In this document: positions 49,109-58,707 of the stretch, piece by piece
How the letters are laid out: every line of letters begins with the position of its first letter
Position numbering within the stretch: position 1 is the first letter of the stretch
From: Macrostomum lignano
Taxonomy: Eukaryota
Direction: 5' to 3'
DNA: 64,000 nt
Assembly (NCBI GenBank): GCA_002269645.1
Contig: NIVC01000010.1
Coordinates: 372,001 to 436,000, forward strand
Translations under genes and position numbers: made by a program
The notes under the pieces: generated by a model
The model's database searches: none
Told to the model about the DNA's origin: nothing
Seen by the model: only the letters and a program-made list of their open reading frames with translations

Positions 49109-50159
49109 CCTTTTAGCGCCGCAGGCACTCCTTTTAGCGCCGCAGGCACTCATTTTAGCGCCGCAGGCACTCCTTTTAGCGCCGCAGGCACTCCTTTTAG
49201 CGCCGCAGGCACTCCTTTTAGCGCCGCAGGCACTCCTTTTAGCGCCGCAGGCACTCCTTTTAGCGCCGCAGGCACTCCTTTTAGCGCCGCAGGCACTCCT
49301 TTTAGCGCCGCAGGCACTCATTTTAGCGCCGCAGGCACTCATTTTAGCGCCGCAGGCACTCCTTTAGCGCCGCAGGCACTCCTTTTAGCGCCGCAGGCAC
49401 TCCTTTTAGCGCCGCAGGCACTCCTTTTAGCGCCACAGGCACTCCTTTTAGCGCCGCAGGCACTCATTTTAGCGCCGCAGGCACTCCTTTTAGCGCCACA
49501 GGCACTCCTTTTAGCGCCGCAGGCACTCATTTTAGCGCCGCAGGCACTCCTTTTAGCGCCGCAGCCACTCCTTTTAGCGCCGGCCTGAAACGAAATTATT
49601 GCTTTCCAAAACGGGTCGCAAGGTGGGATGGGGTGCGAAGCATTTTCATCTCCCCCCATAGCTTTTACTGGGGGGAACATGTCCCCCTTGTCCCCCCCCT
49701 GGTTGCGACGTCCCTGATAACTGCATGTCTAATCAAATACATTGTTACTCTATATTTATTACTCACATGCAGCAGTAGTACATGTCCACTGTTTAATTGC
49801 AAGTCTCAATTTCTTTTTTATGCAAAGATTTTAACTTGAGCACTTTAACAATTTTATTAAGCTTACTGCTTTGCTTAATGCGCTTTTAAACTCCCTGCTA
49901 ATTTTAATCAGCTGCTAATTTCGCTGCTTTGGTAGTTTTATATACTTTTTAAACAATAAACAATAACATTTAAGCATAAACGCACGTTAATTAATTACAG
50001 CTGTGACTAGATATTTTAGCATTATCATTCTGTAATGCTTGTGACTATGCTAGAGTATTGTAGGGGTCATCAGTTACATTTTACATGCATGTTGCTCATT
50101 TGCAGCAATAAGATTACTGTGCTTTTTCTGTTTAATTTTTTTAGAGGCAGGGGGCTCTT

Positions 50160-50460
50160 AAGTCGAAATTGTCACACAACCGGCGAGAGGCATTAATGCC
50201 CATTCCGCCGACTCCCCTCAGCAGGCACACAAGCAGTACGCAGTCATACGCACAGGCACACACTCACACAGGAGTGTACAGCGACCCTAACTTAATCGTT
50301 ACGCATGTACACTTCACTGTGTCTTACGGGTTGGCCATCAAGCTGGGAGTTAATTGCACGAGCAGAGCCAAGCTGGGACTCCAATTTAACCCCCAAATTG
50401 ATTCACTGCACTTGAAATCGAGTCTGGACCGTTTGAACCACCGAATGTGCTTCCCATGTA
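50160..50460 (-). mobile_element. SINE family A copy (degenerate head)
   Basis: Reverse complement of the 18060-18330 body. Confidence 0.6.
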
Positions 50461-50634
50461 GCTCGTAATTTCAAATTCAAAAGCTGTTTGTAACTCAAAA
50501 AAGCGTAGGACTTCGGATTTCTTTTGCGATGCATTGAACCCATGGTATTTTGAGATGGAATTTGATTTTTAATTGGCGAGAGAAAATCTCTTTATCAGTT
50601 AAAGGTAATTCAATAAAGTCCTGGGCTTCTGCCT

Positions 50635-51378
50635 TCACTCAAGCCGGAACTTGACCCAGTCGGCGCTCGTCTCGATCTCCGCCTCCACCTGAGCGTCGGT
50701 GAACAGCAGCAGGCGGCAGGCTCTCAGCTTGCTGTTGTACAGCACGTGTCTGCAGCTGCCGTCAATCATAGCGGCTGCAACGCACTCAAAATCGCTGCTC
50801 ACATTCGGCACATCGGTGAAGCAGTACTCGGAGTTGAAGCTCTCTCGCTTGAAGGCAGCGGCCGTCCAGACGCCGGCGGTTGGCGGTCGGGCATCGCCCG
50901 CGAACTCGCAGGCGAACCCGAAGTTCGCTTTGCAGTTCGAGTCAGCCAGGATTACACCATGAAACAGTCGGAGACAGTTGTTGGTATCTCCACCATTCGG
51001 ATCAGTGGTGTAAAACAGGCTGCTGTCCTCCGGGAAGATGCCGTTTCCGTTGACCCTCTGCCAGCCGGCTCTGCTCCGGTTTCTCTCATCGGCCAGGTCG
51101 CTCAGTCCGACCCACAGTTCGCAGGTGCGAATGGCAATGGGGATTTCCCCCCTTAGAAACTTCTGGATGGAGCTGTGCCAGTTGACGAGCTCGCCTCCGA
51201 TCGATGCGCACTGCCGATTGGCTGAGCACCAGCTGTGGCTTTGAGCTGTGCTCACGAACAGGCACAGACCGGCCTGCACGGTGAACGGTGCGGGACACGG
51301 CAGGCCCTGCGACTGCAGCAGCTGGCATCTCAGCAGGAGCAGCAGCAGCAGCAATGGCTGCATCATTGATGTTCGCAA
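50635..51378 (-). CDS. Secreted C-type lectin + PAN-like domain, copy 2 (DPN), intact
   Basis: 247-aa ORF colinear with copy 1, with signal peptide and all conserved Cys present. Confidence 0.88.
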   Translation of the reverse strand: MRTSMMQPLLLLLLLLRCQLLQSQGLPCPAPFTVQAGLCLFVSTAQSHSWCSANRQCASIGGELVNWHSSIQKFLRGEIPIAIRTCELWVGLSDLADERNRSRAGWQRVNGNGIFPEDSSLFYTTDPNGGDTNNCLRLFHGVILADSNCKANFGFACEFAGDARPPTAGVWTAAAFKRESFNSEYCFTDVPNVSSDFECVAAAMIDGSCRHVLYNSKLRACRLLLFTDAQVEAEIETSADWVKFRLE

Positions 51379-53242
51379 ATTCTAGATCGGATGCTCTTCT
51401 GCTGTTTTCCGAATTCGAAAATAGTTTCTATGGGTAATGTTCCTTTACTACCGTGCAAACGTTACCAATGCTCAAGGCGCAACTCTGGCGACCTCAACTG
51501 TAAATTAAAACGCATCCAGCCAGCGTCGGGCGCAGCTTAAATAGCCGATCTTATACCCCTGCCTGCTCCGCTCCCTGCTCTCATTGGATTAACGCTCAAG
51601 TCCATCTAGCCATTGAGGCTTCTTTCTCGAACCCGAATCCGTCTGTCCGGTCTGATTATTCAAATCTTGGCAGGTGGCTGGTTTCTTCAACACTTATAGG
51701 GCTACATTAAGACGCTAAAGGTGGGTAAAAATGCCTTTCTGGCGCAAATATTTATGTGTAAAATGTTACTATATACTCTTAATATGACAATCTGTCTACT
51801 ATTAACCTCAGTCTTGTTGGCTAAATTGATGTCGCTGGGTTGCTGTGTCAGCGGTGTAGCAAGGCCAAATCATTTAACAGTCGCGTCTTTTGTGAACATC
51901 ATTATTTTATATTAGTGAAGAAAGTCAAAACTTGCCATTGACACTCTGAGAGTTTGTGCCTGTGCTTACGCATGTCCGTGTGCGCGCTTAGGAGTCAGCG
52001 GAATGAGTAAAATACATTCGGCAGTGTCGGGATCACGCTTTGGAATACTCTATTTGACAACGAATGCATGGATTAGAAGATTGACAATTCACATTCCTTC
52101 CTTGTGACTTTTCAGTAGGCGATATATCTATACGCTAGTACTAAGTGGCAAAGTTTCTGTCTTGCGAATGGATGTCATCGGTTCACTAATTGCTATGATG
52201 TACGCTCTTTGTACAACAGTACGAGTACATGATTTAGTCGAGCCTACTAATATTTTTTTGCGATTTAGGTTATAGAAACTAAATGCTATTTCCTTTTCAT
52301 TCGGTGGTGCTCAGGGCATCGACAAATATTCACTCGCAATCTACCTAAAGTCTTAATTTTATCCATGCACTGCGGTGAACATCTGCTGGGAAGAAACCGT
52401 TTTGGGAAGACAAAGATGCAGCAGCAGCTGCGTACAGTATTGATTGCCAAGAATGATAGACTCAGCTTTTGTTCAAATAGATCGAGTTGATTTTATTACG
52501 TACGTGTTTCGCATGTTAAGTGAGACTTCTGTGTATGATTGCTCTAGTTGGCTTCTCTAAGCATTAACAGTCACGGTAAATAGCTGTTGCAGCCGTTCTG
52601 TAAGCAAAATGTTTGTGAGCTATTGTTTTAATAGCTGTTACATTTGCCATCACACTGCAAGTTATCTTTAGTCAAATACATGACTCGCAGGTGACTGTCT
52701 GCTTGTCTGTGGAGTCGAAAAGCAAATATTGGGACTACTTTAGGTTTTTCCTTCTGTTTGGTTTCAACTACACAGAGTGCTTTTGTTATAATCTAAAATT
52801 GCAGACTCTTAGCATACGTTTAAACGCTGCTAACAGTCCGTATCTCATTCTCCATCAAGTTACTCTCATGAGTTCGAACCTCACTTTTAGACGCACGTTG
52901 AATCTCAAGTACAATGTGTGTAGGATCAATTTGAAATTTTCCAGACTATTAATTTATGAGCATGAAAACATGTGGTTTAGTGCCAGGAAGCAGCTGGTGG
53001 TTTTTCAGAAAGTTCTATAGGCAGAGAGCCTGGCATAAAGGCTCACACACCTCCAATGGCATACTGCTATCAGCAGGCTAGAATAGAGCTTGCTGAATTA
53101 AAGTTCTGTCCAATTATTGCTAGAAGTTCGTATTGGCTTTATTGTGTGAACAACTTCTGATTACGACTGTAAACACCGACGAAAGAACTGCAAAAGCTTT
53201 TATTTAGCCAATATGGTGTCGGACGAAGCTGATCACAGCATT

Positions 53243-53893
53243 TTAAGTTTGACCTTTCCTCGTCTCGATCTCCGCCTCCACCTGAGCGTCGGTGAACAGC
53301 AGCAGGCGGAAGGCTCTCAGCTTGCTGTTGTACAGCACGTGTCTGCAGCTGGCGTCACTCATAGCGGCTGCAACGCACTCAACAGCGCTGCTCCCATGCG
53401 GCACATCGGCGAAGCAGTACTCGGAGTTGAAACTCTCTCGCTTGAAGGCGGCGGCAGTTGACGGTCGGGCATCGCCCGCGAACTCGCAGGCGAATCTAAA
53501 ATTCTTTCTGCAATTCGAATCGGCAAGAAAACGGCAAGTAGTGAATCGCATGCAGTGAAATTTGTCTCTTCCAGACGGCTGCCTAGATGGCATGCTGTTC
53601 TCCGGGAAGATGCCGTTTCCGTTGACCCTTCGCCAGCCGGCTCTGCTCCGGTTTCTCTCATCGGCCAGGTCGCTCAGTCCGAGCCACAGGCCGCAGCTGC
53701 AGGTGACACTGGGGATTTCTCCCATTCGAAACTTCTTGATGGAGCTGTGCGAGTTGACGAGCTCGCCTCCGATCGATGCGCACTGCCGATTGGCTGAGCA
53801 CCAGCTGTAGCTGTGAGCTGTGCTCACGAACAGGCACAGACCGGCCTGCACGGTGAACGGTACCGAACACGGCAGGGTCTGCGACTGCAGCAT
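53243..53893 (-). pseudogene. C-type lectin copy 3 (QPS), truncated at both ends
   Basis: The poly-Leu signal peptide is replaced by unrelated sequence upstream of LQSQ, and the C-terminal SADWVKFRLE is replaced by RKGQT. Confidence 0.75.
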
Positions 53894-53894
53894 T

Positions 53895-54560
53895 GATTTC
53901 CAAGAATGAACTAAATGCTTCATTCGATCCAACGATCCGAGTGCAGATCGATTGCGGAGCTGCGGTGTCCCCCCTTGAATCTGAACTCATAAGAAGCACT
54001 TTGGGCACAAACCACTGTTGCCATCGGACACACGGCTGGAAGCCCATGGCGAATCTGGAAGCCTATGGTTGAGAACCATGTCAAGAACTGCCCAGCTTGC
54101 ATACTGGCGGAAAGTCCGACAAGACGCAACAGACAATCATGTGACTCCCGTCGAGCGGCCCAAGCAACCGTGGAACAAGACTGAGGCAAGGACTGGGGTT
54201 GGCAACTTTGGTGAGATTGTCGCAGCCCCGTGGCACATCAGCGATTCCTGCTGGTTGTGCATGACCTGCACAGAAAATGGCAAAGAGATCGCAGCTATCG
54301 AGATGGTGACATCGTCAAGCATCTGCAGGGCGCTCAGGAAGCTGTTCAACCGCTGGGAGGTTCCCAAGGTGCTCATCAGCGACAACGGACCCCAATTCGT
54401 GAGCGAATTTTTTTGGACTTCCTGGATTCCTTGCAGTGTGTTTCCCCGAAAGAAGAGAGAGGCCCTTCCTCTCTCTGGGCAAGAAATAAAATACACCCTT
54501 GCTCGCTTCAGTTTTTACTACAGCACTGAATACCGAGTTAGCCTTTTTCCTTATCAAGCA
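53895..54560 (+). mobile_element. Heavily deleted Gypsy pol relic
   Basis: Fragments in mixed frames: VQIDCGAAVS (protease), HKPLL, ENHVKNCPAC, PWNK, SDNGPQFVS (integrase). Confidence 0.7.
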
Positions 54561-54762
54561 TAACATACACTTCTTCTTGTATGATTTTACATGCACTTTC
54601 TAATCAGATGTACTGTTACTCTATATTTATTACTGATATGCAGCAATAGTAGGCCTACTGTTTTATTTGCATTTCTCAATTTCGTTTCGATCCAGGATTT
54701 TAGTTTAAGCGCTTTAATGATTTTATTAAGCTTACTTTTGATACCAAGCTGGCGGAGCTGGT

Positions 54763-55075
54763 GGGGTTGTAGCCTAGTGGTTAGAGCGTCGGGCTCACGA
54801 CTTAAAGATCGGGGGTTCGATTCCCGATCGCACTGAAACAATTCGGGGCCTTGAGCAAGACACTCAACTCTGTGCAGTGCTTCAGCTAGTAAAATGAAAA
54901 GCTGTAAAATGGGTGCCAGCATTAGCTGGGGTAACTGAGGGTGTGCGTAGCGACCCCCCCCCCCCCAGTCAACGGACGGAACAGCCGTACGCAGCCTTCA
55001 GATGCGCCGCGCAATAGCTGCGGCTGAGCTGTCGGTTGCACATCTCGCCCAATTGTGGCAGATGTAATTTATTAA
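54763..55075 (+). mobile_element. tRNA-derived SINE (family B) with CORE-like central motif
   Basis: A box TAGCCTAGTGG and B box GGTTCGATTCC, then CCTTGAGCAAGACACTCAAC (CORE/V-SINE-like), with an AT-rich tail. Confidence 0.72.
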
Positions 55076-55077
55076 TA

Positions 55078-56100
55078 TCCCTCAGAAAATGAGTTCGAAT
55101 TCGACAGAATAAGTGAAATTCGTCAGTTCAAATACAGCCTGATCAGAAAATATCTTTGCTTTGTCTATGGCAAAAATATGGTGGCTATGGTAAATTTAAG
55201 TAAAAGTGAGTGAATTTCATCTGTGGAAAACTAGCCCAGATTTACATGCACGGTGTTGTGAATTTCGGGCAACTTGACCAGAAGCTTCAGTTCTTGCCAC
55301 CTTACTTAATTATGTTTCTTGAAGGCCACTGAAATGGCGATTTCTTGCATGAAGGCGGCCCAGAAGCAGCGCTTGACTGATCCTCAAGTCGTCTTTGAAG
55401 TTAATGATCGTCAGGCGGCAGTAGCGGCAGGTGAGACCCTGCAGAACCGGCGTCTTCGCATTTTGGGCCGAGAAGTGGAAGCTGCAATGGCTGCGATCAC
55501 GGAGGAGAAATGCAGACAATGACACGAATTCACACTTTGTTACGGACCGCGATGTCTAGCCCGCGCAGACATTTTTGATTGATTGGATTGACTGTCAGAT
55601 AATTTGGTCCTATTAAATTCTTGTCGCGATTTCGCTCGTCTGTTTTCCTGTTCTGTTTGTTCTGTTACTGTTGTGCTTTGCCTGTTATCAATGTACGCAT
55701 GTTGAACTGACGAATTTCACTTACTCTGTCGAATTCGAACTCACTTTCTGAGCCAGCCGGCCATAGACTACTGGGCCGCGGCTGCTGAGCCACTGCATTG
55801 AATTTGCTATGGCTGACGAATTCGAACTCACTTTCTGAGCCAGCCGGCCATAGACTACTGGGCCGCGGCTGCTGAGCCACTGCATTGAATTTGCTATGGC
55901 TGACGAATTCGAACTCACTTTCTGAGCCAGCCGGCCATAGACTACTGGGCCGCGGCTGCTGAGCCACTGCATTGAATTTGCTATGGCTGACGAATTCGAA
56001 CTCACTTTCTGAGCCAGCCGGCCATAGACTACTGGGCCGCGGCTGCTGAGCCACTGCATTGAATTTGCTATGGCTGACGAATTCGAACTCACTTTTGATG
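55078..56100. mobile_element. Probable TIR element whose right end is amplified as an 87-bp tandem repeat (x4)
   Basis: CTCAGAAAATGAGTTCGAATTCGACAGAATAAGTGAAATTCGTCAGTTCA (~55081-55130) is inverted at ~55703-55752; 87-bp units run from ~55730 to 56095. Confidence 0.55.
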
Positions 56101-56127
56101 AATTCGAAATTGAAAAGGTATATTAAT

Positions 56128-56687
56128 ATATACTTTTTTGCGATTGAGTTCGTCCAAACTGCAAAACCTTTCGTCCACTAACGCTTTCTTAATGGGAGCT
56201 AAATTTAGATTATACCATAGACAACTGTGTTCACGCAAAACGGTTCATCCAGTTTGTAAAACATTTCGTCTAAACCCTTTGTCCAAACAGCTAACAGCTA
56301 AACGGAGCGACTTTATTTGATATCACGAGATATTGAACAAAGCAAAAACAGTGTCTAAAGCCAAGGCTAATCGCCTGCGGTCTTCGTTTGACACTGGATG
56401 GTAGGGGCCTCGGTTCATCTTCGACTGTTTTGCCGGGTTCAGAATGGAAGATATGCGTTGCTGTAGCTGTAGTGGTAGCAAAAGCGAACTGTCAATTGGG
56501 TGTTAACTATGGTAGGAACAGTACACTCGGTCTCTAGTCTAGGGGACGAAATGTTTTACAAACTGGATGAACCTTTTTGCGTGAACACAGTTGTCTATGG
56601 TAGAATCTAAATTCAGCTCCCATTAAGAAAGCATTTGTGGACGAAAGGTTTTGCAGTTTGGACAAATTCAATCGCAAAAAAGTATAT
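56128..56687. mobile_element. MITE with ~140-bp TIRs in an AT/TA-rich target
   Basis: 56128-~56270 is the near-exact reverse complement of ~56545-56687 (ATATACTTTTTTGCGATTGA...CCATAGACAACTGTGTTCACGCAAAA). Confidence 0.8.
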
Positions 56688-56927
56688 TTATAAATTAAGC
56701 TTACTTAACTTATTAAGTTTATTGCGTCATGCCGCAGCCCTGTACTCACTTATTGTACTCTGCATCCCCCGGCTTACCTCCCCCCTCCTTTTATGCCTTT
56801 TATGCCAACGTGGCCGCACATGATTGGCTGAGGCCTGAAGGCCCAAATATATATAGGCGCTCTCGCCCTACTTGGAGGGCCAAGCTGCTAATTTCGCTGC
56901 TTTTTATTTTTTATACTTTATTTAAAC

Positions 56928-57348
56928 CAGGCGCCTAGCCACCGGGGGGACAGGCGGGACATGTCCCCCCCCAGTAAAAGCTATGGGGGGACATGCCACT
57001 GCTTTGTCCCCCCCCACCCCACCTTGTGACTCGTTGTGGTAATAAAAAACTGTTCTACAGGGCACCAAAATATAGCGCCTTAGGCGCCAAATGGTGCCTA
57101 CGGCGCTAAAATGAGTGCCTGCGGCGCGAAAATGAGTGCCTACGGCGCTAAAATGAGTGCCTGCGGTGCCTAAAGTAATGCCTGCGGCGCCAAAATGAGT
57201 GCCTGCGGCACCAAAATGAGTGCCTGCGGCGCCTAAAGTAATGCCTGCCGCGCCAAAATGAGCGCGCTGACAACACGATTCTCAAATAATGGAAATTTAG
57301 GAATTTAGTCATGTACATGATGAATTCTTGGCTTTGTCCCTCCTCATT
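56928..57348 (-). mobile_element. hAT-like MITE family copy with ~8 diverged 20-bp units
   Basis: GGCGCTAAAATGAGTGCCTGC units plus subterminal CCCCCAGTAAAAGCTATGGGGG, the reverse complement of the 49650-49680 segment. Confidence 0.7.
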
Positions 57349-57499
57349 TTGCTTTTGACTATGCAGAGCATTGATGTGCCAGTTACAGTTTTACAGGTAT
57401 GTTGCAGATCTGCCTGTGCGTAAATTCGGAAATGACTTCACTTCTTCCTAATAACAATATTATACCCACAATGACAATTGGCTTAGAGTATTGGCTAGA

Positions 57500-57768
57500 G
57501 GCAAGGGGTCACTTGCGACCTCAGCAGGCACACAAGCGCGCGGATACGTACGCAGTCATACGCACAGGCACACACTCACACAAGAGTGTACAGCGGCCCT
57601 AACTTTTTTTTATCGTTAGGCATGTACACTTCACTGTGCCTCAAGGCCGGTAATTGCACGAACAGAGCCAAACCGAGATTCCAACTTAGCCAATAGTTAA
57701 TGTGATTGCACTTGGAATCGAGCCTGGGCCGCTGGCACATCACAGCTAGACCACTGGGCTACGGCCGC
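57500..57768 (-). mobile_element. SINE family A copy
   Basis: Head GGCGGCCGTAGCCCAGTGGTCTAG...GGCTCGATTCCAAG on the - strand. Confidence 0.7.
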
Positions 57769-57981
57769 CCTGTGACTGTAATTTAAATATTGTTTTTTGC
57801 AAATTCAAAATCTGTTTTGGATATCAAAGAAAGCGTGTTGACTTCGGATTTCTTTTGCGATGCACTGAACCGATTGTATTTCGAAATAGAAATTGATTTT
57901 AACTTGGCGAGAAAAACTCATTAATAAATTGGTATCTGCAGTTTCGGTTCGGTAATTCAATAAAGTCCTGGGCTTCTGTCT

Positions 57982-58707
57982 TCACTCAAGTCGGAACTTG
58001 ACCCAGTCGGCGCTCGTCTCGATCTCCGCCTCCACCTGAGCGTCGGTGAACAGCAGCAGGCGGCAGGCTCTCAGCTTGCTGTTGTACAGCACGTGTCTGC
58101 AGCTGGCGTCACTCATAGCGGCTGCAACGCACTCAAAATCGCTGCTCACAGGCGGCACATCGGTGAAGCAGTACTCCGAGTTGAAGCTCTCTCGCCTGAA
58201 GGCAGTGGATCTCCAGACGCCGTCAGTCGGCGGTCGGGAGTCTCCCATGAACTCGCAGGCGAACCCGAAGTTCACCGTTCAGGGAAAGTCAGCCAAGTAC
58301 CTGCCGTTGTGCAGTCGGAGGCAGTCGGAGTTGAGCCCGCCAGTTGGTTGAGCGCCACTAAACAGGCTGCCGTCCTCCGGGAAGATGCCGTTTCCGTTGA
58401 CCCTCTGCCAGCCGTCTCTGCTCCGGTTTCTCTCGTTTGCAAAGTCGCTCAGCCCGACCCACAGGTTGCAGCTGCAGCTGGCGCCGGGGATGCTGGCACT
58501 CCGAAACAGCTGGATGGAGCTGTGCGAGTTGACGAGCTCGCCTCCGATCGATGCGCACTGCCGATTGGCTGAGCACCAGCTGTGGGTGTGAGCTGTGCTC
58601 ACGAACAGGCACAGACCGGCCTGCATGGTGAACGGTGCGGGACACAGCAGGGCCTGCGACTGCAGCAGCTGGCAGCTCAGCAGCAGCAGCAGCAGCACAG
58701 CTTCCAT
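57982..58707 (-). pseudogene. C-type lectin copy 4 (QPT) with an in-frame TGA at a conserved Cys
   Basis: GAC TTT CCC TGA ACG GTG AAC TTC reads LADFP*TVNFGFAC versus LADFNCKLSFGFAC in copy 1. The two track ORFs are in one frame. Confidence 0.8.

Larger units (their letters stand above)
44533..49716 (+). mobile_element. hAT-like MITE with an internal 20-bp minisatellite (CCTTTTAGCGCCGCAGGCACT), hosting the Gypsy insertion
   Basis: TIRs CAGGGGCGTCG / CGACGTCCCTG (10/11 match) and a degenerate 8-bp TSD ATAAATGT / ATAACTGC. Related copies at 18337 and 56928. Confidence 0.72.

Noticed and set aside
54763-54835. Possible tRNA gene
   Set aside because: The anticodon stem is poorly paired, and the sequence continues into a CORE-like SINE body rather than a T-run terminator.
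55319-55522. 67-aa ORF inside the TIR element
   Set aside because: No recognisable motif; likely a transposon remnant.
57860-57930. SECIS-like ATGA-N12-AA-N21-GA pattern on the - strand downstream of lectin copy 4
   Set aside because: The helix-2 arms (TTTTTCTCGCC vs T-rich) do not pair, and homologous flanks follow copies that have an ordinary Cys codon.
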